Of a stretch of 64,000 nt of DNA, positions 21,514 to 31,133 are shown one piece after another (positions within the stretch are counted from its first letter, which is position 1; each line of letters begins with the position of its first letter). The translations under genes were made by a program, and so were the position numbers. The DNA lies in assembly GCA_963848305.1 (NCBI GenBank), contig CAWKDC010000003.1, positions 96,001-160,000 of the forward strand, given 5' to 3'. A model generated the notes under the pieces. The model was not told the DNA's origin and ran no database searches. It saw only the letters and a list, made by a program, of their open reading frames with translations. The stretch is from an uncultured Gammaproteobacteria bacterium (GTDB taxonomy: Bacteria > Pseudomonadota > Gammaproteobacteria > JABCZS01).

Positions 21514-22803
21514 ATGGTATATCGGATTAAACAAGTTATAAATTATTATCGTGTCAATGGCGCGCTAAGAACCATTCAAAAAATATGGTGTACATTAAAC
21601 GCCGTAATGGATTCGACCGTTGTACAGATCAAGCGTACAGTGGAACCAATGTCTGTGGAAGACATTGGTTACGCTCATTTCAAGCAATGTCGACCTTTAT
21701 CTGTTTTTACCATACCGGATAGGAGTGCGAAACGGGTTACCTTGGTGACCGATAGCATTAGCGCAGGGAGTTTTTATGGGGGTGTAGGGACAGCCATTAT
21801 TTTTGCTGCCCTCCTGGCAGAGTCGCGTCAAGCACAGTTGCGCATTGTTACCCGTATGGAGCCGCCACAACCAGACAATGTCGATGATTTATTCAAGGCG
21901 CATCAAATCGTTTTATCAAAAGACATGCAATTTGTGTTCAGCCCTTCATCAAATAATGCTGACAGCATAGATATTCTCGAGGATGAATTATTTGTGACCA
22001 CTTCGTGGTGGACAACACAGGCTACATTGGGTGCTATTCGCGAAGATCGTATCATTTATATTTTGCAGGAAGATGAGCGAATGTTTTACGGTCGTGGTGA
22101 TGCTTATTATCGATGTGAGCAAGTATTATCTCATCAAAAAATCCGTTTTCTGGTGAATTGTAGTTTGTTATATGAACATTTGATTAGCAGTGGTTTGGCA
22201 AACATCGCTGAGAGAGGCATTTGCTTTGAGCCTGCTTTTCATCGAGATGTGTTTAGACAAAAAAGGGAAGTATCCAACGATAAATTTAAGATGATGTTTT
22301 ATGCGCGCCGTTTTAATGATCGTAATCTTTATTATTTCGGGATTGAGCTCATTGAGCTTGCCATTGCTAGGGGTGTGATTGATTTGAATCGATGGGACAT
22401 TCTATTTTTTGGAAAAGATATTCCATTCATGCATTTTTCAAATGGTTATACACCGCAATGTTTTGAAAATCTGAAGTGGACTGAATATGGCGAACTGATC
22501 AGCACGGTTGATCTGGGTTTTTCATTGATGTATACGCCACATCCTAGCTACATTCCATTTGATTTAGCGACGGCAGGGGCTGTGGCGGTGACCAATCGAT
22601 TTGGTATAAAGCAAGATTTATCGCATTATTCCAAGAATATTTTATGTGGCGATTTAAACCATGAGTCCATGCTGAGCACGCTGGCTGCAGGGATTCAATT
22701 GGCCATGAACCAGCCGATCCGAACACAAAATCATCAAGATAATCGGATTGGCAAGGATTGGCGCGCTGCCTTTTCAGACGCGCTTCATTCATTTTCACAG
22801 TAG
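21514..22803 (+). CDS. Glycosyltransferase, WsaF-like putative rhamnosyltransferase
   Basis: FYGGVGTA, TSWWT, YILQEDERMFY, FYAR, SLMYTPHPSY. Confidence 0.78.
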   Translation: MVYRIKQVINYYRVNGALRTIQKIWCTLNAVMDSTVVQIKRTVEPMSVEDIGYAHFKQCRPLSVFTIPDRSAKRVTLVTDSISAGSFYGGVGTAIIFAALLAESRQAQLRIVTRMEPPQPDNVDDLFKAHQIVLSKDMQFVFSPSSNNADSIDILEDELFVTTSWWTTQATLGAIREDRIIYILQEDERMFYGRGDAYYRCEQVLSHQKIRFLVNCSLLYEHLISSGLANIAERGICFEPAFHRDVFRQKREVSNDKFKMMFYARRFNDRNLYYFGIELIELAIARGVIDLNRWDILFFGKDIPFMHFSNGYTPQCFENLKWTEYGELISTVDLGFSLMYTPHPSYIPFDLATAGAVAVTNRFGIKQDLSHYSKNILCGDLNHESMLSTLAAGIQLAMNQPIRTQNHQDNRIGKDWRAAFSDALHSFSQ

Positions 22804-23729
22804 GGTATTTAAATGTTTATACTTGAGAAGGTACCTGCTGTTCCTTATGCTGCCCCGTGGGATCTGCCATACCAAGAACGGCTGAACATGTTAAGAAGGG
22901 GAAGCAAGCGTGTTGCATATTTCGTTGAATCAGCCAATTGCAGTACATTTCGTTACCGTGTATACAATATGGTTCAAGTACTCAATGATCAACCAGAAGA
23001 GGTGTCGGCTTCTTATTTCTTTTTGAGCGATATGCATCATGTGAATGACATTGCCAATTGTGCTGATATGTTAGTGATTTGTCGTGCCCGTTATGACCAC
23101 CATATTTATCATCTTATTCATGCCTTTAAAAGGAGAAATAAAAAAGTATTGTTTGATGTGGATGATTTGGTATTTAATACCGATTATGCGCATTTGGCAT
23201 GCAAAACGACGGATTATTTGATGGGAACAGGACAAGAATGGGACTATTGGTTTGCCTATATGTCACGCATGGGTGCAACGCTGCGTCTTTGCGATGGGGG
23301 AATTGCCACCAATGCATTTTTGGCAGATCACATGCATGCATTTTCTGGATTACCTATGAATGCTGTGCCTAATTTCCTCAACCGAGAGCAACTGGACATT
23401 TCTAATACAATTTTTGAGTTGAGGCAGACGATTTCATGCAAACAGGATGACAACATTTCCATAGGGTATTTCAGCGGAAGCCCTTCACATGTTCACGATT
23501 TTGCCATTGCATTACCTGCGATCGAATCATTGTTAACAGAAATGCCGAATTTAAGTTTAGCATTAACGGGCTACATAGATGCGAATGTGTTACGTTCACG
23601 CTTTGGACGATCTCGTATCCATTACTTTCAATTCTCTGATTTCATCAATTTGCAACGCTTAATTGGATCTGTCGATTTCAATCTTGTGCCTTTGCAACAT
23701 AATGCTTTTACCCAATGTAAATCAGAGTT

Positions 23730-25605
23730 CAGCAGTTCCCGCCAAGTAAAAAACGCTTGATAAATAGGTAATTTTTAAATTTCATTTCGTAAACTTTTTG
23801 GATAATATAGTGTTTCTAACATGAGCACATACCAAGGAAGGTTAGTTAATGAAATTACCAAAAAAATATTTATCGGCGAATGGGCTGCTCGGCATAATTC
23901 GCAATCAATTTGCGAAAATTGATCTGCCTCATGCACGTGTTGAACGAGGCACGCCTATTACATTAGTTGATTGTCTAATGTCCGGTTTAGCAGTTTTTTC
24001 TTTAAAATATCCTTCGTTATTGAAATTTGATGAAAGCTTAAGTGAAAAAATAACTCGACATAATTTACGTACATTATTTGGAGTGGAACAAGCGCCCTGT
24101 GACACCTATATGCGAGAGCGCTGTGATGAGGTAGAGCCTAATGCAGTTAGGCAAGCATTTAAGCGGGTATTTGCATGTGTGCAACGTGGGAAAGCGCTGG
24201 AAGAATTTGAATATTTACTGAAAGGACATTATTTGTTAGCTGGGGATGGGACTGGTTTTTTTTCATCGCCTAGCGTGCATTGTGAAAACTGTTGCAGCAA
24301 ACACTATGGTCAATGTCACGTCATCATTCGATCAAAGCGCCCTAAAACTGCCAAAAAAAATACTTATGTGTTGATTAAGCCTATTGATTCTCCATGGGGG
24401 GATGAATGGACGCTATATTTTGTAGATGGGAAGAAACAGTGGCTGATGATTGATCTGAACGCGCTGCCTGAATTAAACGCACTGTTAAAAGGTAGAACAA
24501 AACGAGATTTACTCGAGACAGAGCATGTGCTTATCCATGAGATGCTGACGGAGCACTATCGGCTGCCACAGCCTGATGAGCAGGTTCATTATTATCACAA
24601 TATGTTTTGTGCGGCTATTGTACATCCTGACAAAAAAATAGTGTTACCACTTGCCCCTGAAGCGATTGCAAAGACAGATGGATGCACAAAGAATGATTGT
24701 GAACGAAATGCAGCTAAGCGCTTATATTCTGATGCCAGACGCGAGCACCCACATTTAAAATTTATTGTTGTTGAAGACGCGCTGGCTTCTAATGTGCCTC
24801 ATTTGCGAGATTTAAATGCCTTAGATATGCGTTATATTGTGGGTGTTAAGCCAGGTGATCATGAATTTTTATTTGAATGGCTTGAAGGTGCTGACTGCAC
24901 GGAATACTGTCAGAGCACGACAGATGGAAAAACACACCGTTATCGCTATAGAAATCAGGCGCCGCTTAATAGAAGCCACCCTGATTTTAAGGTTAATTTT
25001 TTGGAATATTGGGAGACAGATAAGAAAGGGAAAGTGCAACATTTTAGCTGGGTTACCGATATTCAAATTACGCAAGAGAATTTATATGACATCATGAGAG
25101 GAGGACGTTCAAACTGGAAAATAGAAAATAATGCATTTAATACGCTCAAAAATCAAAATTATCATTTTTCACACAATTTTGGCCATGGATATAAAAATCT
25201 TTGCACGATTTTTGGCATGCTTATGTTGTTGGCTTTTTTTGTAGATCAAGTTCAAGAATTAAGCTGTCATCTTTTTAAGCAAGCTCGAGAAAGATATCGG
25301 TCTCGAACGTCGCTATGGGAAAGAATGCGCGCATTTTTTATGTGTTACTTTATTGAAAGTTGGCATGATTTATTTACGGCTATATCCAGTGGCGGAGAAT
25401 ATGGGGCGCAGCTCATTATTGATAGTTAAGCTGTTGGATCAACGTGCGTAAGTAGTGTCGAATGATTTTTTGATTTTTGAGCCAGAAAAAATAACTTTAA
25501 TAATCTTATCTAAATTCTATTAGAAGCTTTTGCTCGCCCTAAATTCCTAAACACCGATCATGAGAATGAGTTTGGATAATAGCATTTGCTTGGCGGGAAC
25601 TGCTG
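23730..25605 (+). mobile_element. Insertion sequence, 1876 bp, DDE type (ISNCY/IS4-like)
   Basis: Terminal inverted repeats CAGCAGTTCCCGCCAAG(T/C)AAA (20/21 match); 9-bp direct repeat ATCAGAGTT at 23721-23729 and 25606-25614. Confidence 0.96.
23849..25429 (+). CDS. DDE transposase
   Basis: DCLMSGLAVF.LK.PSLL, PCDTYMRE, DGTGFFSS..VHC.NC, KNDCERNAAKR, EDAL, GRSNWKIENNAFNTLK, HNFGHG. Confidence 0.93.
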   Translation: MKLPKKYLSANGLLGIIRNQFAKIDLPHARVERGTPITLVDCLMSGLAVFSLKYPSLLKFDESLSEKITRHNLRTLFGVEQAPCDTYMRERCDEVEPNAVRQAFKRVFACVQRGKALEEFEYLLKGHYLLAGDGTGFFSSPSVHCENCCSKHYGQCHVIIRSKRPKTAKKNTYVLIKPIDSPWGDEWTLYFVDGKKQWLMIDLNALPELNALLKGRTKRDLLETEHVLIHEMLTEHYRLPQPDEQVHYYHNMFCAAIVHPDKKIVLPLAPEAIAKTDGCTKNDCERNAAKRLYSDARREHPHLKFIVVEDALASNVPHLRDLNALDMRYIVGVKPGDHEFLFEWLEGADCTEYCQSTTDGKTHRYRYRNQAPLNRSHPDFKVNFLEYWETDKKGKVQHFSWVTDIQITQENLYDIMRGGRSNWKIENNAFNTLKNQNYHFSHNFGHGYKNLCTIFGMLMLLAFFVDQVQELSCHLFKQARERYRSRTSLWERMRAFFMCYFIESWHDLFTAISSGGEYGAQLIIDS

Positions 25606-25873
25606 ATCAGAGTTAAAATATTTTGAGGCGGCAGTGGTGGGGACAGTAACGATTGCATCGCCGTCATTCACATACCAGCAATGCATTCGTGATGGAGATA
25701 ACGGTTATTTGTCGCAAGCACATCAATGGAAAACAGTTCTGAAGAAGGCTATGAATGAGTGGCATAGTGATAGCGATATGGCTCGCCGTGCTCGTCAGGA
25801 TGCAATTGATAGATATGCATGGTTTAATCAACGCTCAGTCATTTTGACTGCGCTTGCTCTATAAGGTAGATAT

Positions 25874-26923
25874 ATGGATCATTCCAAACGAGTCACAACA
25901 GATTTCTTTTTACCAGAGTTTGTTCCTGAGTATTATCGTTCTATTCATGCTGATCTTGCTCAAATGGATGATGAAGCATTGTGGCAACATTATGTGCAGT
26001 ATGGGAAGTATGAGGGAAGGGCATCAAGCCCTCATCAATGGAGAGAGGCTTTGCGTTCCGTTTCTGAAGGATTGGGGGCATGCCTTGAAATTGGTCCTTC
26101 ATCCTCTCCATTTTTAAGGGGGAGCAATGTTTACTATTTTGATGTCCTTGATGCTCCGAGACTGCTTGAAAAGGGACGTGCAAGCGGTTTACCGACGGAA
26201 AATATGCCTGAAGAGATTCATTATTGGCATGAACATGGTGATTTATCTGTTGTGGATAGACAATTTGATTTGGTCTTCAGCAGCCATTGCATTGAGCATC
26301 AACCCGATTTGATCGCGCATTTGAAACAAGTGGAACGGATATTGAGTGATGATGGCGTTTATTTGATGTGGGTGCCAGACAAACGATTTTGCTTTGATCA
26401 TTTCTTGCCTACTACAACGGTTCAGGATATTGTCAGCGTTCATGAGACAAAGCGCACAAATATGTTGTCAAAATTTATAGATCATATTTTATTCACGGCA
26501 CACAATGATCCTGTACGACATTGGTCAGGTGATCATGGGGAACATAATGTCGTTCGAAGCGAGATGCCTTCTGTCAGGCAAGCTATTACATCAGGTATCG
26601 CATCCTACCAAGAGGGCAGCTATTTGGACACGCATCACTGGCATTTCTGGCCCGATCATTTTAGGTATGTGATGGAGCAGTTAAATCTTTTGGGTCATAC
26701 ACAGTTTTATCCTGTACGTGTGTACCAAACGTTATTCAATTTTTTCGAATTTGCGGCTGTCCTAACAAAGAAGGGGAAGGGTGGTGACCATGCTCTAACC
26801 CCACCCTGTGAAGACTCTGCTTGGGCAGAAATCAAGGCAAGGGCGCGTGATCGGCTGCTGGCAGAGGAAGCCGCTTCTTCTAACATTCTTCAACGTTTTA
26901 TAAAAAGATTCCTGGATCTTTAG
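25874..26923 (+). CDS. Class I SAM-dependent methyltransferase, polysaccharide-locus associated
   Basis: CLEIGP, FDLVFSSHCIEHQPD, VPDKRFCFD; N-terminal F.PEYYR..HADL...ALWQHY..YGKYEGR motif. Confidence 0.85.
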   Translation: MDHSKRVTTDFFLPEFVPEYYRSIHADLAQMDDEALWQHYVQYGKYEGRASSPHQWREALRSVSEGLGACLEIGPSSSPFLRGSNVYYFDVLDAPRLLEKGRASGLPTENMPEEIHYWHEHGDLSVVDRQFDLVFSSHCIEHQPDLIAHLKQVERILSDDGVYLMWVPDKRFCFDHFLPTTTVQDIVSVHETKRTNMLSKFIDHILFTAHNDPVRHWSGDHGEHNVVRSEMPSVRQAITSGIASYQEGSYLDTHHWHFWPDHFRYVMEQLNLLGHTQFYPVRVYQTLFNFFEFAAVLTKKGKGGDHALTPPCEDSAWAEIKARARDRLLAEEAASSNILQRFIKRFLDL

Positions 26924-27037
26924 GGAGATCTGTGTCAGAATTGCCGAGAAGGTTTAGGCTGATGAAGGGGCGTATTAATAGTAAGCTCGCTGAATCACCC
27001 TGGGCCAATTGTTAAAGTGAATGTTAGGACTATTGTT

Positions 27038-27412
27038 ATGAACAAAATTTATGTGGGCAACCTGCCTTATACCGTTGCTGATGATGAACTGCGTGATATT
27101 TTCGCGGATTGTGGCGAAATCATCAAAATCAGCTTGATCAGAGACAAAGCAACGCGTAAATCGAAAGGTTATGCGTTCATCGAGTTTGCACAAGCTTCAG
27201 ATGCTCAAAAAGCTGTTGATCAGAAGAATGGCAATGATATTGGTGGTCGTCCACTCCGCGTCAACATTGCGGAAGATCGTCCTTTTGGCAGCGCTGGCGG
27301 TTCTGCTGGCGGCTCAGGCGGTCGTGGTGGCTTCGGTGGCGGCCGTGACAGCGGTGGCGGTCGTGGTGGCTTCGGCGGCGGCCGTGGCGGCGAATCACGC
27401 GATAGATATTAA
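27038..27412 (+). CDS. RRM RNA-binding protein with Gly/Arg-rich tail
   Basis: RNP2 IYVGNL, RNP1 KGYAFIEF, GGRGGFGGGR repeats. Confidence 0.93.
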   Translation: MNKIYVGNLPYTVADDELRDIFADCGEIIKISLIRDKATRKSKGYAFIEFAQASDAQKAVDQKNGNDIGGRPLRVNIAEDRPFGSAGGSAGGSGGRGGFGGGRDSGGGRGGFGGGRGGESRDRY

Positions 27413-27427
27413 TCTATCTGTGCCCCT

Positions 27428-27458
27428 AAAAACCCCCGCTGATGCGGGGGTTTTTTTT
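27428..27458 (+). terminator. Rho-independent terminator, possibly bidirectional
   Basis: aaaaacccccgc-tgat-gcgggggtttttttt. Confidence 0.88.
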
Positions 27459-27549
27459 CGTCTGAAATAGGTCACCGTTCACCGAAATTGTAGGGGTTCA
27501 GCTTGCTAGACCCCCTGCAGGAGGTTGGGTGATGAGCTAAAGAGTGGCC

Positions 27550-28845
27550 CTAAATAAAGCCAGTTTGATACATTAACTTTTTGAGGCCGGTTAACATGGT
27601 GTCAGCGTGGGTTCTGCTGAGCAGCAGTTTTTCAAATAACCACTTTTCATTGTCCTGCATGAACGATGATAACTGGAGTACATTTTCAGTAGATAACGCT
27701 CCTCTAAAGAATCCATCCATCTTGATCAGCGGTAATCCTAGGTAAAAAAGTAACATATTATTGGAGTGGATTTGACTTCCAGACGGGATCTTTTTGCCAA
27801 GTACAAATGATTCTAAAATAAGAGATTTAATATACAGACACATTTTTTTATCAAGTTGATCATCGACAATGTGGAGTTGATCGATAAGCGTCTTTTTCAT
27901 CGCAGGTAAATCATATGGGTCACAAGTATTGTTAAAGAAAAGCTTTGAATCAAGGGGACTGTAATTAATTGATATGAAATCCTGCCAGACATCCTGTGCA
28001 GAGATGCACTGAAAATTGGATTTTGCGGTTAAGGCGAACGCGGTGCTGATTTCCTCGGAAGACTGTAGTCTCTGTGAAACGAAACGCATGTCGTAAGCAG
28101 CAGAAAATTGTGATGGGTCAGAAACAATTTTCTGTAATAAAACGGATAAGGCAATTTCACCATTTTTGATGACTTGGGGTCTCAGGTCGGTGTTTCTGTA
28201 ATGATCCCAAAAGCGTATAAAATGTTCAGAACATAGAATTTGATGGTTCAATGAAATAGCGAATGAACCTAAGTGATGAGTATGTTTGAAATTTTCAGTT
28301 GCACCTAGTACTGAAGTGTCGCTGTCCATCAATTGATTGAGAAAAGCCTCACATCGCGAGGATTCATAGAAAACACTGTCATTCAGCATGAGCAGGCGAG
28401 GGCACTTTAGGTGATATTCTTTAGCGAACAAAAATTGAAAACCTGCTTTGTAACTTCCAAAATCGCGTCCAAAGTTATAACGCTCTATATAGCAATTCAC
28501 GAGATTGGATGGTGGTTCATCAAGCTTAAGATTATTCACTGCAATCACAAAAAAGTTCAATTTTTTTGCAATCATGAGCAATTGCTCAATATCCGAGCGG
28601 AGCAATCCCTTCTCGTATAGTGCGATGAGAACAATTTTCTCTCCATGATATTCACTTTCTATGAAAATATGATTTTTATGTTTCAACGATTTGAAATAAG
28701 ATATTATCGAAATAATAGATAAAGCAATGCTTATCATTATGTAGGTTAATTGATGAAACATATCGTAGAATATGTTAAAAACTTTCATGACGACTTTACT
28801 GATTTTTGTGTGCATCACAATCCTTAAAATGAGATCCTTTTTCAT
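27550..28845 (-). CDS. Rhamnan synthesis (RgpF-like) protein; start uncertain
   Basis: RYNFGRDFGSYKAG, LLMLNDSVF, HLGSF, IKNGEIALS; follows rmlC. Confidence 0.72.
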   Translation of the reverse strand: MKKDLILRIVMHTKISKVVMKVFNIFYDMFHQLTYIMISIALSIISIISYFKSLKHKNHIFIESEYHGEKIVLIALYEKGLLRSDIEQLLMIAKKLNFFVIAVNNLKLDEPPSNLVNCYIERYNFGRDFGSYKAGFQFLFAKEYHLKCPRLLMLNDSVFYESSRCEAFLNQLMDSDTSVLGATENFKHTHHLGSFAISLNHQILCSEHFIRFWDHYRNTDLRPQVIKNGEIALSVLLQKIVSDPSQFSAAYDMRFVSQRLQSSEEISTAFALTAKSNFQCISAQDVWQDFISINYSPLDSKLFFNNTCDPYDLPAMKKTLIDQLHIVDDQLDKKMCLYIKSLILESFVLGKKIPSGSQIHSNNMLLFYLGLPLIKMDGFFRGALSTENVLQLSSFMQDNEKWLFEKLLLSRTHADTMLTGLKKLMYQTGFI

Positions 28846-29350
28846 CCTTGTCAGAGAGTAATACTGGACCCGTCACAGGCCAATCAATGGCCAAATCCTT
28901 GTCATCCCATCGAATTGAGCGTTCATGTGCCCTACTGTAAAACTGCGTCGTTTTGTATAACATTTCAGCTGTGTCAGATAATGTGAGAAAGCCATGGGCG
29001 AAGCCGCCGGGGATCCACAATTGTTTTTTATTGTCTGCCGAAAGATGCACAGACACATGTTGTCCAAACGTGGGGGAGGAAGGGCGAATATCGACAGCCA
29101 CATCCCAAATCTCTCCCTGAATCACGCGCACCAGCTTGCCTTGTTCCATTGGCGGTAGTTGATAATGAAGACCGCGCAACACATGCTTCACAGATTTTGA
29201 ATGGTTGTCTTGGACAAACGAAACGGATAAACCAGTGGCTTCATGGAATAATCGCTCGTTGAAACTTTCGAAAAAGAAACCACGTTCATCTTCAAATAAT
29301 TGGGTTTCAATCAAAAAAACACCCGATAGAGATAACGGTGTGATTTTCAT
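28796..29350 (-). CDS. rfbC: dTDP-4-dehydrorhamnose 3,5-epimerase
   Basis: DERGFFFESFN, QDNHSKS, LRGLHYQ, GFAHGF. Confidence 0.96.
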   Translation of the reverse strand: MKITPLSLSGVFLIETQLFEDERGFFFESFNERLFHEATGLSVSFVQDNHSKSVKHVLRGLHYQLPPMEQGKLVRVIQGEIWDVAVDIRPSSPTFGQHVSVHLSADNKKQLWIPGGFAHGFLTLSDTAEMLYKTTQFYSRAHERSIRWDDKDLAIDWPVTGPVLLSDKDEKGSHFKDCDAHKNQ

Positions 29351-30231
29351 TTAAGCGTGTCCTCCGCAATCAAACGTGACAAATAACTGCCGTAACTGTT
29401 GTGTCGATATTGATGCGCAAGCTGCTCAATCGATTGACGTGAAACATATCCTTTTCGATAAGCGACTTCTTCGGGACAACCTATTTTCAATCCTTGTCTA
29501 TGTTGAAGTGTGTGGACAAGTTGATGCGCTTCAAGCAGGCTTTCATGTGTGCCAGTGTCGAGCCAAGTGAGTCCACGTTCCATCACTTCAACCAATAATT
29601 TACCTTCTTTCAAATACAGATTGTTAAGATCAGTGATTTCTAATTCGCCTCTTGCGGACGGACTAAGTGTTCGCGCATAGGCAGGTGCATCAGCATTATA
29701 ATAATAAAGTCCTGTGACAGCGTAATGTGATTTAGGAGAGTTTGGCTTTTCCTCGATATCAATCACTTTGCCTTGTTCATCAAAACTGGCAATACCATAC
29801 CGTTCTGGATCTGACACGGGATACACAAAAATGGTTGATGTGTTGGTGCGTTCATTGGCTGATAACAGTAAGGGTGTTAATTGATTGCCATAGAAAATGT
29901 TGTCACCTAAAATCAAGGCAGAAGGAGCCCCTGCAAGAAAAGGTTCCGCAATCAGTAAAGATTGCGCGAGTCCATCTGGAGAGGGCTGAATCGCGTAATG
30001 GATGTCTAGACCCCATTGAGATCCATCTTGTAATAAACGTTGATAAGAAGGCATGTCTTGCGGCGTTGAAATGATGAGAAACTCTCGAATATTGCTCAGC
30101 ATCAGTGTGGTGAGTGGGTAATAGATCATCGGTTTGTCATACACAGGTAATAACTGTTTAGAGATAGCTGCTGTACTGGGGTATAATCGTGTGCCGTGTC
30201 CCCCCGCAAGAATAATGCCTTTACGATTCAT
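29347..30231 (-). CDS. rfbA: Glucose-1-phosphate thymidylyltransferase
   Basis: GIILAGGHGTRLYP, SKQLLPVYDKPMIYYPL, RGELEITD, WLDTGT. Confidence 0.97.
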   Translation of the reverse strand: MNRKGIILAGGHGTRLYPSTAAISKQLLPVYDKPMIYYPLTTLMLSNIREFLIISTPQDMPSYQRLLQDGSQWGLDIHYAIQPSPDGLAQSLLIAEPFLAGAPSALILGDNIFYGNQLTPLLLSANERTNTSTIFVYPVSDPERYGIASFDEQGKVIDIEEKPNSPKSHYAVTGLYYYNADAPAYARTLSPSARGELEITDLNNLYLKEGKLLVEVMERGLTWLDTGTHESLLEAHQLVHTLQHRQGLKIGCPEEVAYRKGYVSRQSIEQLAHQYRHNSYGSYLSRLIAEDTLK

Positions 30232-31133
30232 ATTTTTTCCTTATTGAGGAGTGTAGAAATGATTTCAGGAACGGGTGTTTCCCAATCAGGTAAGCGTATC
30301 TTGAAAAAACTGCATAATGCTTGGTTGTTTAAAACAGAATAGGCAGGTCGTTTGGCGGGCGTTGGAAACGCTTCTGTGTTGATGGGAAAAATATGATCGG
30401 GTGATGTTTGAATCTTTGCGCCTGCTTGATATGCTGCTTCAATGATCATCTTCGCAAATCCAAACCAGCTGGTTTGGCCGCTCGCAGTCAGATGAAATGT
30501 ATCGCCACGATAATCACGCAAATCATCACGCGTTTTTAATTGTTGGATAATATCTGCAGTGACATCTGCAATGAGCGATGCAGGCGTAGGCGCACCGATT
30601 TGATCACTCACGACACTGATCTGAGATTTTGAACGAGCAAGGTTTAACATGGTTTTTGCAAAATTCTTTCCCTGAGCACTGTATACCCAGCTGGTGCGAA
30701 AAATAACATGTTTGCAGCCTGATGCGCGAATGGCTGCTTCACCTGCTGCTTTGGTTTTTCCATAAATGTTGATCGGATTGATCACATCAGTTTCTATGTA
30801 AGGTGTTTTTTTTGTGCCATCGAACACATAATCAGTCGAGTAATGGATAAGCCAGCCATTGTTTTTGGCGGCGTATTTCGCCATGATGTCAGGCGCTAAT
30901 GCATTGATGCGATGTGCTTCTGCTTCATGAGATTCTGCCTGATCGACTTGTGTATAGGCTGCTGCGTTCACAATCATATCAGGTGATTGATGTTCAATCC
31001 AATCTGATAACGCGCGAGGTTCATTCAGGTCAATGCTCGCGCGATCGCATAATATCAGTTGTCCGAGCGGCGCAAGTGAGCGTTGTAATTCAGTGCCAAC
31101 TTGCCCATTTGGTCCAAATAAGAGAATGTTCAT
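30228..31133 (-). CDS. rfbD: dTDP-4-dehydrorhamnose reductase
   Basis: G.NGQVG, NAAAYTQVD.AE, STDYVFDG, YGKTK; ATGA overlap with rfbB. Confidence 0.96.
   Translation of the reverse strand: MNILLFGPNGQVGTELQRSLAPLGQLILCDRASIDLNEPRALSDWIEHQSPDMIVNAAAYTQVDQAESHEAEAHRINALAPDIMAKYAAKNNGWLIHYSTDYVFDGTKKTPYIETDVINPINIYGKTKAAGEAAIRASGCKHVIFRTSWVYSAQGKNFAKTMLNLARSKSQISVVSDQIGAPTPASLIADVTADIIQQLKTRDDLRDYRGDTFHLTASGQTSWFGFAKMIIEAAYQAGAKIQTSPDHIFPINTEAFPTPAKRPAYSVLNNQALCSFFKIRLPDWETPVPEIISTLLNKEKI

Larger units (their letters stand above)
22813..25864 (+). pseudogene. GT-B glycosyltransferase interrupted by an IS (22813-23729 plus 25615-25864, 388 aa when rejoined)
   Basis: STFRYRV, FDVDDLVF, GYFSGSPSH; removing the IS and one target copy restores in-frame FTQCKSELKYFEAAVVGTVTIASP. 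Confidence 0.92.

Noticed and set aside
24300-24585. Intein within the transposase
   Set aside because: No His-Asn followed by Cys/Ser/Thr at a plausible C-terminal junction and no recognisable splicing blocks
25634-25864. Independent 76-aa gene
   Set aside because: It is the C-terminal part of the IS-interrupted glycosyltransferase
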